DNA from: an uncultured bacterium
GTDB lineage: Bacteria; Verrucomicrobiota; Verrucomicrobiia; Limisphaerales; UBA8199
Direction of reading: 5' to 3'
Assembly (NCBI GenBank): GCA_963749495.1
Contig: CAVVMW010000023.1
Location: 768,001-832,000 of the forward strand
Length of the DNA: 64,000 bases
Below are positions 41,526-51,799 of this stretch, piece after piece. The position numbers were made by a program, and so were the translations under genes. The notes beneath the pieces are model-generated. The model did not search any database. It was not told the DNA's origin and saw nothing but the letters and a program-made list of their open reading frames with translations. The first letter of the stretch is position 1. The number at the start of each line of letters is the position of its first letter.

Positions 41526-42917
41526 ATGCGCTTTCTCCGCGTCACAACGCCCACCCGCCTCGACATTCGTGAGATCGTCACGCTCGGGATGACGACCAAG
41601 GCCAACACGGACAAAATTGGCCACAAAGGCAGCGGGTTGAAATTCACGTTGGCCTACCTGCACCGGCTCGGCGGCTGCCTCCAGGCCCGCAGCGCGGACT
41701 ACCACCTCCACAGCGAGGTCTTCGCCGCGCGCATCCGCAACCTCGACCATCAAATGATCCGGCTAAGGAGCGTGGAGGGAGACCAGGTCTGGGAAGCCCA
41801 CATCACGACCCAGGCTGGTGCGGACACGTGGACCGAGCCTTGGTTCATCCTGCGCGAAATGCTCCAGAATGCCCTCGACGAGGGGGGACAATTCGGAGTC
41901 GGCGATGAAGAAACGCTGCCGGAAACGGCCGGGACCATCCTCCAGATCCCCCTCACGTCCGAACTGGAGCAAGCCTGGGCTCAGAAGGACCGTTGGATGC
42001 AGCCTCGCTATCCTCATGTGATCGGCCGTGGCCATCCTGAAGCCAAAGGGCTGTACTACCACGGCTTCCTCATCTACAACGCAGGCGGCAAATGGAAATA
42101 CAGCTACGACGTGACGCCGTTCCTGAAGCGCAGCCAGCTCTCCGAGGATCGCCAGCTCCGCAACGGGGATCTCCAGGCCGTCTTCTGCCAGATCGCCGTT
42201 GAGGCCGGGTTTAACGCGCTGGCCCCGGAAATCTACGAGGACGCTTTCGATTTGGACCAAAAGGAGGATGTCCACCTCCTCTACGAAGGCGTTTACCATC
42301 ATATCCAATCCGACCGCAAGGCCTGGGGCGGGCCAGACGGATTCGACCTCAAGCGAATGGAGGAGGTCTTCCACAAGAATTTCGGGGGCAACGCCGCCTT
42401 CCACACCCATACCCTGGCAGAAAATGATCCCACGGCCTATTACGCCCGCGCGGCCGGGTTCACGCCCGCCCGGGTGCCTTACCGGACCGGCAGCATCCTG
42501 AGCGGCTACTCGGACGTGAAAGCCCTGGAGGCCTGCCTGCCCACCCTCCAGCAACGCCTCCGCAAGGTGAAGAACACCGATTTCACCAAACGCGAGAAGC
42601 TGAAGCTGGCGATGAAATTGGTGCGCAAGATCCAGCCGCCGGGCATCAAAGTTGAGGTGGTTCAAAAGATTCATCACGAGGACAAGATCGAATGCCTGGC
42701 GCTGGCCGACCCGGCCAACCAGCGCATCCAAGTGCTTGAGGAACTCCTGGAAAAGGATGTTCCCGAAATCGCCAAAGCCCTGATTGAGGAATACACGCAC
42801 CTCCGAACCGGCGGCGGGGACATGTCCATGCTGCTCCAAAGAGGGCTGATTGAAATCATCTACGACCTCCTGGCGCGCAGGCGCAAGGTGTCCGTCGAAC
42901 ACCTGCAGACCACCTGA
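41526..42917 (+). CDS. GHKL/HATPase-like protein with C-terminal EExxH motif (phage-type)
   Basis: LGMTTK...IGHKGSGLKF, LREMLQNALDEGG and IEEYTHL. Confidence 0.65.
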   Translation: MRFLRVTTPTRLDIREIVTLGMTTKANTDKIGHKGSGLKFTLAYLHRLGGCLQARSADYHLHSEVFAARIRNLDHQMIRLRSVEGDQVWEAHITTQAGADTWTEPWFILREMLQNALDEGGQFGVGDEETLPETAGTILQIPLTSELEQAWAQKDRWMQPRYPHVIGRGHPEAKGLYYHGFLIYNAGGKWKYSYDVTPFLKRSQLSEDRQLRNGDLQAVFCQIAVEAGFNALAPEIYEDAFDLDQKEDVHLLYEGVYHHIQSDRKAWGGPDGFDLKRMEEVFHKNFGGNAAFHTHTLAENDPTAYYARAAGFTPARVPYRTGSILSGYSDVKALEACLPTLQQRLRKVKNTDFTKREKLKLAMKLVRKIQPPGIKVEVVQKIHHEDKIECLALADPANQRIQVLEELLEKDVPEIAKALIEEYTHLRTGGGDMSMLLQRGLIEIIYDLLARRRKVSVEHLQTT

Positions 42918-42932
42918 CCCTCGCCCGCGGCA

Positions 42933-43154
42933 ATGCCCACTCTCCACGCCCAGCACATCGAGGCCGCCAGGCAGGAGTTCTTTGTCCGCGTCCTGCGCGC
43001 GCCGTGCTTCAACGTGTTTTTCAAGCCGGCCCGCTGGGAAACCTGGCGGGTGCTGGCAGAAACGTCCGCAGGCGCCCTGCGCGTCGCCCGATACCACTTC
43101 TACCGGTCCGACCAGATCGAACTGGCCCAAGTCGGGGCTGCGGCAGCGACTTAA
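42933..43154 (+). CDS. Small hypothetical protein
   Basis: ATG-initiated, tightly packed between neighbours. Confidence 0.5.
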   Translation: MPTLHAQHIEAARQEFFVRVLRAPCFNVFFKPARWETWRVLAETSAGALRVARYHFYRSDQIELAQVGAAAAT

Positions 43155-43155
43155 A

Positions 43156-43773
43156 ATGGACAAGGTTATGCGGCTCAAGAAGCTTGAAGAGGGCCATTGG
43201 GTGAGCGACGACGCGATGCAGCTCCATTTCTTCGCCAGGACGCCTCCGGAAAGGCTCGCCGGCCAAGCGCCTGGACCGCCGACGGCGTTCAAGGCCGAGC
43301 GTGCCGGACACGACGCTTGCTACGACCCATACGCGCCAGTCAATGTCCCGGTGGAGAATCTCCAGCTTCTGGCTGCGGTCAATTTCGGGGAGGCCAGGTT
43401 GTGCTGGCCCGGAAACGAAACCCGCTGGAGCGGCGATTCCTTCCGCTACGGCATTTACCGGGTTATGAAGGAGGCTGGGCAGCCAGATGGCCGGCGCGTT
43501 CTGCTGGTCGAGGTCACCGGCGCCGGCATGTTCTTTTACCAGTGGCAACAAGCCGATTCACTGCGCCTGTGGGAAAGCCTGGTGGCGGCCCTGTCGGAGC
43601 CACGGCTTTGGGACCTCATCCACGGCCTTGTCGGCACGTGGCGAAAGGGCGGCAACCGCGAGCGGGACCGGCTGCACCAACTCATCGTCGCAGGCCGGAT
43701 CAAACGCCGAAAGGTCCGGGGGGAAGATGCGTGGGAGGTGGCGGTTTCCCCGCACGCGGAGACCGTCCCCTGA
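43156..43773 (+). CDS. Hypothetical protein
   Basis: ATG 1 nt after the upstream stop; protein-like composition. Confidence 0.55.
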   Translation: MDKVMRLKKLEEGHWVSDDAMQLHFFARTPPERLAGQAPGPPTAFKAERAGHDACYDPYAPVNVPVENLQLLAAVNFGEARLCWPGNETRWSGDSFRYGIYRVMKEAGQPDGRRVLLVEVTGAGMFFYQWQQADSLRLWESLVAALSEPRLWDLIHGLVGTWRKGGNRERDRLHQLIVAGRIKRRKVRGEDAWEVAVSPHAETVP

Positions 43774-43982
43774 AGTGTGAGTGGTTCCCTGCCTCGAAGC
43801 GCCAGCTCGACTGTCATGAATCTCGATCGGCTGGGTAATCCTTCGAGACACCGTGCTCGACCTGACTGCGGACCTGTTCCAAGGGAGGAGACAAAGGCTT
43901 TGCCCAAAGGACCAGTCCAGCGACAGAGACACTGGCTGCTTCCGCCCCCGGATGCCGGGGAAATATCCACCGCACGAGGAAG

Positions 43983-44882
43983 ATGAGTTCCATGACTTTC
44001 GACCAAATAGTTGCGGCGATCCAGAGCCGCCGGTTTCTGCCGAGCAAGCCCATCCGGGAAATCCGCCCCATCGATCAGGAGCGCAACCCGCGCATTGTCG
44101 CCAGCCGCAAATACAACGGGAATTTCGCCACGGCTGTTGTCATGCAGCCGGGCCAGGTCGAATTCTACACCTCGTCCAACCTTGGCCTGGCCGGTCTCCA
44201 TCGCAGCCCGTGGTTTGAGGACGGGGATTGGCGAATCGCCCTGAGCGCGGCCGAGCCGGGCGCCATTTTTCTCGGAGAGCTTTTCATCCCGAGCGCCGGC
44301 ATCGAAGATCTCGGGGCTTTTCAGACGTGGTATTCCTGGCACCGCAATGGCGCCCGCGAAACTCCGCCCAAAGCCAGATTCCTTTCGTTCGACCTGCTTG
44401 CGCTGGCCGGCAAATCCGTTCATCAGCATCCGTACGAAGATCGTCATCAGCTCATCCCTTCCGCCATGCGCGTGGCCGCCGCGCCTTATACGAGGCTGGC
44501 TCAGGCAGCCGTAGCGGTTGATGACAGCACCACCATTGGCTGTGAAGGGTTTGTCTTCTGGGAGGCCGAGGCGGCTTCTCTGTGCAAGATCGGCGGTCAA
44601 AACAAACACCGCGGAGGCGCGTGGAAAGTGAAACCCGTCCGAAAGGAGACCTTCATCTTGCAACGTTTCCTCAGGGCGGAACCCGGCAGCTTCGTGATGA
44701 TCCTCGCAAGACCCGGCCAGCCTGAGTTTCCGTGCGGCAGCGGACTCGCCCACGAGGAACGCCGGCAGTTGGCCCAGGACTTCCAATGCGGCAAAACCGT
44801 CGTCGTGGAGGTCGCCCACTACGGATATGACGAGAAAGGCAGGCCCGAGATGCCGCGGGCCCTCGGCTGGCACAAGGTCTAA
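43983..44882 (+). CDS. Second ATP-dependent ligase-like nucleotidyltransferase (KYNG motif I)
   Basis: SRKYNG, LGEL, FDLL, YEDR, EGFV, WKVKP and OB-like CGSGL. Confidence 0.75.
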   Translation: MSSMTFDQIVAAIQSRRFLPSKPIREIRPIDQERNPRIVASRKYNGNFATAVVMQPGQVEFYTSSNLGLAGLHRSPWFEDGDWRIALSAAEPGAIFLGELFIPSAGIEDLGAFQTWYSWHRNGARETPPKARFLSFDLLALAGKSVHQHPYEDRHQLIPSAMRVAAAPYTRLAQAAVAVDDSTTIGCEGFVFWEAEAASLCKIGGQNKHRGGAWKVKPVRKETFILQRFLRAEPGSFVMILARPGQPEFPCGSGLAHEERRQLAQDFQCGKTVVVEVAHYGYDEKGRPEMPRALGWHKV

Positions 44883-45065
44883 TGCCTGGAAGATGCGGCA
44901 AAAGGGGAAGATCAAAGGCCAGATGAGCCCGAGCGCAGGTCAGCGAGTGGACCCATCGGACGCTCGCAGTCATCCAACAGCCGGATTGTTGCGACGGCAA
45001 TTGCCGCGACGGCGCGGGCTCCGTGGGCGGGAAACGGTGCTGCAGAACGTGAAATCCGATTCATC

Positions 45066-45749
45066 GTGTCCGTGAGCCTTTACGTCCAGATCACCCAACG
45101 CTGCAACATGACGTGCTGTCATTGCGCGTTCAACTGTGGCCCCGGGGGAGCGGACATGTCGGCGGAGACCTTCCGGCGCGTGCTGGACCTTGGGGAGAAG
45201 GAGCAAGCGCCAATCACTGTTGGAGGAGGGGAGCCCACGTTGCACCCCAGGTTCATGGATTTCCTTTGGTGGGCAATTCGCCGTCAGGCCCCCTTGACCT
45301 ACGAAATGGGGATGCCTGCTGTGGGCTTGGTCACCAACGGGAGCCAGACAGCAATTGCGCTGGAGTTGGCGGCTCTGGCGCGTGTCGGGGTCATTTGCGC
45401 CAGCGTGTCCAGGGATGAGTTCCACGATCCAATTGACCCGAAGGTTTACCGGGCCTTCGAACCGTCACAGGAACCGGGAGACTGCCGGCGCATCAGCCGG
45501 CCGGGTTTGATTGTGCCGGCGGGCCGGGCACGGAACTGGGGGGACCATCCTTTCAAGCGCTGCGTCTGCGAAGGGCCCTTTATCGTCCCAACCGGCGAGA
45601 TCTACTCCTGCGGATGCCGGGTGATCCGGCTTGGGTGCGTGCGCGACGACAACCTGCATCTGCCGATGGAATGGCACGATCTCCCCTGTCCCATCGAAGC
45701 CGCGCGGACAGGCGGACGGCAGAAGGCGAAGGAAATGGCGCCAGCGTGA
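45066..45749 (+). CDS. Radical SAM protein
   Basis: CNMTCCHC, GGGEPTLHP, VTNG, S.DEFH and C-terminal Cys residues. Confidence 0.9.
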   Translation: MSVSLYVQITQRCNMTCCHCAFNCGPGGADMSAETFRRVLDLGEKEQAPITVGGGEPTLHPRFMDFLWWAIRRQAPLTYEMGMPAVGLVTNGSQTAIALELAALARVGVICASVSRDEFHDPIDPKVYRAFEPSQEPGDCRRISRPGLIVPAGRARNWGDHPFKRCVCEGPFIVPTGEIYSCGCRVIRLGCVRDDNLHLPMEWHDLPCPIEAARTGGRQKAKEMAPA

Positions 45750-46161
45750 CGAGCCCTGGGTGCGGGCAGCCCGTCTGCCGAGCCGCTGCGCATCCAGGTC
45801 CCGCCGGACGCGCGGCTTCCGGATCGGCAAAGAAGGCTTCGCCCAGAACTCCTGGAGCCAGGAACCTATGCAGGCACTTCTCGCATATTGGCAGACCGCT
45901 TGGGCGATCCTCGCTGGACATCAGAGGTTCCTCGTGCGCGGCAGGAACGCGCAGACCCCGAACCGTTACACCTGCGTTTGGGCCAGAGACCAACAGGATG
46001 CCGTAAGGCGGTTCGCAAGACGGAACCTGGAGTGCGACCGCATCGAGGTGCTTGCCTCACTCTGAACCGTGCCGGGGAAAACCCCACTGGATGCTTCCAG
46101 CGGCTGGTCTGGTCCAGGCCCACCGGGACCAGAAACGTCCTCGAGAACCCTAAAATAGAGT

Positions 46162-46542
46162 ATGAAGAAGATACTGTTGATTGAAGACACCCCCACGCTG
46201 AGGGAGTCGCTCAAAATGATTTTGTCCAGGGAGTTCAGTGTCGTTGCCGCAGCAACCGGCCAGGAAGCTTTGGAGGCGCTGCGAGGCCAGACCTTTGACC
46301 TGGTGTTGAGCGATTTTCGCCTCCCCGACATGACCGGCGCCGACGTCTACCGCTTGCAAGCAGGCGATCATCCACCTTGGATGGCCATCTCGGCGTCGGC
46401 AGGCGAGGCAGAGTTCCAGGAATGGGTCCAGCGCGAGGGTATCCCCTATTTGACCAAGCCGTGCCCGGCTGCGTTGTTGATGGGCCGCGTGCGCCAGCAA
46501 TTTTCCGGACCCGGAATTCCCGCTGAAGCAGTGCCGGCGTGA
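46162..46542 (+). CDS. Stand-alone response-regulator receiver
   Basis: ILLIED, DLVLSD..LPDMTG and YLTKP. Confidence 0.9.
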   Translation: MKKILLIEDTPTLRESLKMILSREFSVVAAATGQEALEALRGQTFDLVLSDFRLPDMTGADVYRLQAGDHPPWMAISASAGEAEFQEWVQREGIPYLTKPCPAALLMGRVRQQFSGPGIPAEAVPA

Positions 46543-46596
46543 CGGCCCTTTTGGCGTTCCGAGGGTGATCGAACACACCGGCGAATCGCCCATCGC

Positions 46597-47091
46597 TTGA
46601 ACATCCGCAAAATCATCTCGGGCGGCCAAACGGGAGCCGATCGGGGCGGGCTGGATTTTGGTCTTGCCAACCGCATCCCGATTGGCGGTTGGTGCCCAAA
46701 GGGGCGGCGAGCAGAAGACGGAATGGTGCCGGTGAGTTATCAGATGCAGGAGCACCCGCAGTACTCCTATCAGCCGCGCACAATCCAGAATATCAAAGAA
46801 GCGGACGTCACGGTGATCTTTGCTCCGGCGCCTCTGAGTCCCGGCAGCCGCTTCACACTCCACCAATGTCAAAGGCTGGGAAAGGCCTGCATCTGGCTCC
46901 ACAACTTCCCGGATGCGGAAGCCGACGCGAGGCTCCTGCGCGCTGCACTGCTGACGCTCGACGGAATACTCAATGTCGCCGGCAGCCGCGAAAGCAGGTG
47001 TCCGGGCATTCATCGACACGTGATGCGCGTCTTCGAACTCACCAACACTCAACCTGGCCTGGCCGCCGTTCGGGCAGCAGCGTCACCGTAG
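46597..47091 (+). CDS. Putative molybdenum-carrier (SLOG superfamily) protein
   Basis: KIISGGQTGADRGGLD, GGWCPKGRRAEDG, RT..N..AD.T and LNVAGSRES. Confidence 0.85.
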   Translation: MNIRKIISGGQTGADRGGLDFGLANRIPIGGWCPKGRRAEDGMVPVSYQMQEHPQYSYQPRTIQNIKEADVTVIFAPAPLSPGSRFTLHQCQRLGKACIWLHNFPDAEADARLLRAALLTLDGILNVAGSRESRCPGIHRHVMRVFELTNTQPGLAAVRAAASP

Positions 47092-47173
47092 GGCCTGGAC
47101 CGCTGCTTGCCGGATCAGAACGGAGCGGCGCCGCACGTCAACTGCGCATTCCGGATTGAAAACGGCCGCCGGA

Positions 47174-47392
47174 CTAATTCCGGCCCGGCGAGGGCTCCCG
47201 GGCAACGATATGGAGGTTCAGCCCGGCTTCCGCCAATCGTGACAGGCTCTCGATCACCTCGTCGTAGGTATCTCCCAGCGCCCAAGGGTAGGCAACCACC
47301 ATTTGAGTTGCCCCTTTGGCTTTGAGCTCGGCGCACATTCGGATGAAGTCAGCAAATTTTTGTTCGTATCCAGGCGGCGTGCTGTGGTTCAT
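47174..47392 (-). CDS. Small hypothetical protein
   Basis: YEQKFADFI...PWALGDTYDEVIESLSRLA; protein-like, with an RBS-like GGAAGGA upstream. Confidence 0.55.
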   Translation of the reverse strand: MNHSTPPGYEQKFADFIRMCAELKAKGATQMVVAYPWALGDTYDEVIESLSRLAEAGLNLHIVAREPSPGRN

Positions 47393-47395
47393 GGG

Positions 47396-47878
47396 TCAAT
47401 TCCTTCCTTGGGAGATTGTTTCATCAGGAGAGCGGCAAAGCTCGGGCCGCCACCCCCGTTTTGTCACGTTGCTTTCAACGGGGACTCTCTCGCCAGATTC
47501 GGGCACCGCAGGCGCGCCGCCTTTTGCAGTCTGATTCAGCAGCCTGTGTGCGGGGCCATCATTGAGCATATCCATGCAGGCACGGTAATCCTGAGGAGAC
47601 ATGAGCGCTAGCTTAACCAATGCGCTCCATGTGCGCGGCGGCTCGACACAACAGAATTCAAGGAGCATCTCTGCCAGGCAATGAAAGGGGTGCGCCACGT
47701 TGCCTTTTTGCGACAGGCGCTTGATCGTTTCACGGGACAAATATACTCGCCAGGCCGCAACCGTGGAATGCCAGTCCCAAAAGAGCCGACCACCATCGGC
47801 GGTCACCTCAGGCGGCAACGCGGCCTGCGTTAAGGGGCCGGCGAGCGAGGAGGCGAAGGCGAGGATCGGCGCCTTCAT
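47396..47878 (-). CDS. Hypothetical protein
   Basis: ORF abutting the 72-aa gene; no motifs recognised. Confidence 0.35.
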   Translation of the reverse strand: MKAPILAFASSLAGPLTQAALPPEVTADGGRLFWDWHSTVAAWRVYLSRETIKRLSQKGNVAHPFHCLAEMLLEFCCVEPPRTWSALVKLALMSPQDYRACMDMLNDGPAHRLLNQTAKGGAPAVPESGERVPVESNVTKRGWRPELCRSPDETISQGRN

Positions 47879-48381
47879 CAAAGAATATGCGGAGTCGCCC
47901 AAGATGGCCGGTCGACGAGAGCGATTTTCACGCTGTCAAGTGGTAACATGATAACTTTGCTAAGGACGTCCGGCCATGGCTGGAGCGGGGCTTCCGCGTC
48001 ACCTTCGAGTGGTTCCTGGACGAGGTGCAACCTGCGCCAAAATGTGTCCCGCGAAGGCCCCCGACAAGCCGCGCCGGCGAGGGCGATGGACCGAACCGGC
48101 GGAGAGAAACGACCTGAAAAAAGGCCACGGCGACAGGAGGCGGAAGGGAGGCGCCCGCCCGAACGGCTCCGTCGCTTATCGAGCGAGGCGAGCCGGAGTC
48201 CACTCGCTCGCGAGGACCAGCACGAGGGGTAGAAGGGAGGCTGGCCGGAGCGAGTCTCTGCGACGGCCCAGAAGAAAATGTCGTGGATCTGGGCCGGCAC
48301 TGGAAACCTCTGAAGGAGCCCTTGCCGGACGGGCGCGAGCCTTCGGGGTTTCGAGGCGTAGTCGCGTTGGAGTGACGGCAG

Positions 48382-48470
48382 GCACTCCGATACGATCCGA
48401 ATCGGCCGGAGGATGTGCTGAAGGTGGAGGCTGACGAGCAGGGGATCGGCAGGTACTTGGTGGTGGCTAG
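48382..48470 (+). pseudogene. Terminase large-subunit C-terminal remnant (copy 1)
   Basis: Translates ALRYDPNRPEDVLKVEADEQGIGRYLV; aligns with 55451-55575. Confidence 0.55.
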
Positions 48471-49195
48471 GGCGCGAACAATCGCGCAACGCAAGCTAAG
48501 AGGCGTTGAATAAGCGGAGGCCGCGTTGCATTTGGGGCCGCGAGGCCACGGTTCCGTAGCTCCTGCACAATGTTGGCGACGTCCTCGCGCGCGAGGTAGT
48601 CGAGTAGGCAAAGTCTATTGCCGATTCCGTTCAGCGACGTTCCCACGACAATGCCGCGGGCCCCGTTGACTATCCAGAAGCGATCGTGGAAGTCCAATGA
48701 GTGGTGGTTTGAGATATGGAGCGTGGGGTGTGCGGAGAGGAGCGCGGTGGTTATGGTGCTTAGCGCTCCTGGAGTATCCTTCGTCATGTCGCGGACGATT
48801 ATGAGGTGCTGAACCCGCTGGAGGGTCGGGCCTAAGACGTTCTGGATGGCGGCTACGTACGCCGGGTCATTTCGGGACTTTAGGAAATAGGGGTCGATGA
48901 TGGTGATGCTTGTTGGTGGGTCGAGTTTTGCGAGGAAGGCCTTCAGCATGTCGTAGAGGGGTTGGCGGGCGGTGCGGGCTGCTTGCGGAAGTATGGCTTC
49001 TTCGATTAGGTGGGCGGTCCAGATGGAGGTTGTACCGTTCCGGAGGATATAGTCTGGCCCGTGCTCTTTTATGATGGTGTCTGGGGTGACGACGCCCACC
49101 GCCACGTCGAGCGGGTTCAGCGCGTCCTGAATTGCGAGGAGGCGTTCGGTCGGAAAGGGTCGCTGGGAGATGAACTTGACTAATAGCTCTTGCAT
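48467..49195 (-). CDS. Protein with PLD-like nuclease fold
   Basis: IIDPYF, FHDRFWI and GTSLNGIG. Confidence 0.7.
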   Translation of the reverse strand: MQELLVKFISQRPFPTERLLAIQDALNPLDVAVGVVTPDTIIKEHGPDYILRNGTTSIWTAHLIEEAILPQAARTARQPLYDMLKAFLAKLDPPTSITIIDPYFLKSRNDPAYVAAIQNVLGPTLQRVQHLIIVRDMTKDTPGALSTITTALLSAHPTLHISNHHSLDFHDRFWIVNGARGIVVGTSLNGIGNRLCLLDYLAREDVANIVQELRNRGLAAPNATRPPLIQRLLACVARLFAP

Positions 49196-49327
49196 ACGTG
49201 TATGTTCAGCAGGGTAATTCTGGGGAGGGGCCTTTCAATACAGAATTTGGGCGGTGGCGGTCGCGTAGCCCCCTGGGAATGCTGAGCTGGCTGCTCTTTG
49301 TCGCGTCAGATTCGGAAGCTCCCCTTT

Positions 49328-50002
49328 TCACTTCCCGGCCATCGCGAGAACTTCGTCCACGAATGTGTCAAACGCCTTTGCCGGGTCTTTTGGATTCTCG
49401 GCTTTAAGCTTGTCCAGCAGGTTCTTGAAATCAGCCGTCTGCCTCCGATACTTTTCCGAGTCATCTGCAAACCTATCTAATAATTCGGTCTTGTGGGCCG
49501 ACATATTCAGAAATCTTCCACTAAGTGTTCCGATTCGAGCCACCATTTTGGCGGTTATCCGTTCGGCCGGCGCCTTGAAGTGACCATCATCGAAATCCAC
49601 GTAAAGCGCCGAATTCTTCTCCAAATTCGACCGGTTGTGAAAATGCCGCTGGGCGATTTCAAAGGCAGCCGAGGACTCCGCAATTCGTCCCGCCTTCCCG
49701 GCGCTCTGTTCTCTCGGCAACGGATTCAAAAAGTAGGCATTCACTTTGTTCTTCCGCTCATGGCTCCGAAATCCCTCAGCCACTTTCTTGAAATTCACCG
49801 ATTCGCCCATTAGCAAAGCGACGGCATTAGCCCCCAGGATTTCGACTTTGGCACACTCCTCCATTGAAATCTGATGCAGGAACAATGCCCGGCTCAAGGC
49901 ACCCGCCTTCGTCAAGAGTAGCGCCTCGTTGTAGAGATCAAGCGCATTCTGCAGCACCTTGTGAGTGCCGGCGCTCAGCGTTTTCGACAGCTTCTTATCC
50001 AT
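49328..50002 (-). CDS. AbiV-family abortive infection protein
   Basis: NA..L..EA.LL, RALFL..ISMEECAK, SHERK and KNSALYVD. Confidence 0.8.
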   Translation of the reverse strand: MDKKLSKTLSAGTHKVLQNALDLYNEALLLTKAGALSRALFLHQISMEECAKVEILGANAVALLMGESVNFKKVAEGFRSHERKNKVNAYFLNPLPREQSAGKAGRIAESSAAFEIAQRHFHNRSNLEKNSALYVDFDDGHFKAPAERITAKMVARIGTLSGRFLNMSAHKTELLDRFADDSEKYRRQTADFKNLLDKLKAENPKDPAKAFDTFVDEVLAMAGK

Positions 50003-50099
50003 CTGTAGAATGGAAACCCTTTGCTGAGCGGCTGTCGAGAAAATGATTGCCGCAAAGCGACTGACGACAATTACTTACCCGGTGTCGCTGTGACCGGGG

Positions 50100-50543
50100 T
50101 CATACCTGAGCAAGGCTGGCAGATTTTACGGTCCGGGCCTCGGGAATTGGCTGAGCCACCGGCGGCGGGCCGGGGGGCTTAGCCGGTGCAGCTTCTGCAA
50201 CAGGTCGCTCTATGGATGTCGCTTGGTGCGCGTCGGAAGCGCCGAAGTTGGCCCGTCCAGTCATTTCTGCGGAATGAGCGTCCCGAAGATGGCCGTAGAC
50301 ACTCATGGCCAAGGTTCCGCCGTACTTCTGTCCGGGCCAGTGGGAGACGGTGGGGATGTCCACGCCTGACTCGATACAGCGCGTTGCGAAAAGGTGATGT
50401 AGGTCGTGGTGGGTGATGCGGGCCATGCCCACAATCTTTGCGGCCCGGTTCATGGGCTTTTGGCATTCGCGCACGCGCATGACCTGGGTCTGCGGGGTGA
50501 GGTCGGGCCATTCAGCACGCAAGCGGCCAAGGAGCTTCTTCAT
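50100..50543 (-). pseudogene. Tyrosine integrase C-terminal remnant
   Basis: HHDLHHLFATRCIESGVDIPTVSHWPGQKYGG...VYGHL. The catalytic R and LGH are mutated and the N-terminus is missing. Confidence 0.8.
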
Positions 50544-51253
50544 CTCGCCTGGCTAGGCCAGCCTGGCCGGGTAGTCCAGGTAGAACTGGACCGCGTTTTG
50601 GAGGGTGCGGCCCGACGGCAGCTTCGCCTTGGCCTCCAGGGCGGCCTGGATGTCCGCCATGGTCAAGGATGCCTCGCAGGCGGGCCTCTGGGTCGGCGCG
50701 GGCGGTGCCGGCGTCGCGGACGCAGGGGAGTAGGCGGGCAGTAGGACCGCCCGGTCTCCTTGCGGAGGCTTCTCATGGTGCCTGAGAACGGCGACTTGAG
50801 GTGGCCGGGATACTTCACGACGGCCTCCTGGCCCGGCGCCAGGGCCTTGACGAGCTTCCGCCATTCGCGCATGGGCACTTCCGGTGCAGGTGGTGGTGCG
50901 CTCGGTCCCAGGCCGCTCATCATCATTAACCACGTCACGCTTGCCCCAGGCGAAGACGCCCGCGTCCCGCTGGGGCCCGCCGGGGACGCGCACTATGATC
51001 GTCCGGTGCCTCGAGGTAACCGCCCAGTCAGCCCAGGTCCTGGCCAATGGGAACCCCACAACTCTTTACCTGGCTTCCGAGCATGGCTCTCCACCGTGAT
51101 CGAGGGTTGCCTGTACGCTGCCCACGCGCGCGCTGCTGATACATTATAAAATCCAGAGGCGTCGCAGCTGAGAACCCGCTCTCTGCCGTTCACCCGGTTT
51201 CTTCCGGATCGATGCCAAACGAGTAAACGGCTCCCCAACGAAGCCGGACTAGC

Positions 51254-51799
51254 GTGAACGTGAGCGATTCGGACCTCTTCCTGGCGGGTCTCGGCCTGTT
51301 GATCGGCTTCGTCACCACTTCCTCCATGGACCTGCGACACTGCCGGCTGCTCCACATGGCCCTGATACCGGTGTTGTTGGTCGGGCTGTGCCATCTAATC
51401 CCCGACGGTCGGGATTTGGCCGTCAACCTCGCCGGGTTCACTGGTTTTCTTGTGCCCATGCTCATTCTGGCGGTTCTGCTTGCACCGAGCCTGGGCTGGT
51501 TCTTTGGCGGGGCGCTGTTGGGCGTCCTCGATCACCCCGATCACCGACCGGAACGGACGCTGGAGTTGCACCAGGTTCGGCGGCTCATCGCAAGTGGCCA
51601 ACGGGCAGAGGCCTACCAACTGCTGGCCCGCAACCTTCGCCGCACCATGCCGACCTACGAGGCCCTGTACCTGAAGGCCACCCTGGAGCTGGACATGGGG
51701 AAGATCAGCCGCGCTCGCTGCACGGTGCGCCGGATGAGACGGTTCGCCATTGGTGACACACAAAAGCAGTTTGTCGCGCAGCTCTTGAGGAGTCTTTAA
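51254..51799 (+). CDS. Membrane protein with a TPR-like C-terminus
   Basis: About 3-4 hydrophobic segments, then EALYLKA.LE..MG. Confidence 0.55.
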   Translation: MNVSDSDLFLAGLGLLIGFVTTSSMDLRHCRLLHMALIPVLLVGLCHLIPDGRDLAVNLAGFTGFLVPMLILAVLLAPSLGWFFGGALLGVLDHPDHRPERTLELHQVRRLIASGQRAEAYQLLARNLRRTMPTYEALYLKATLELDMGKISRARCTVRRMRRFAIGDTQKQFVAQLLRSL

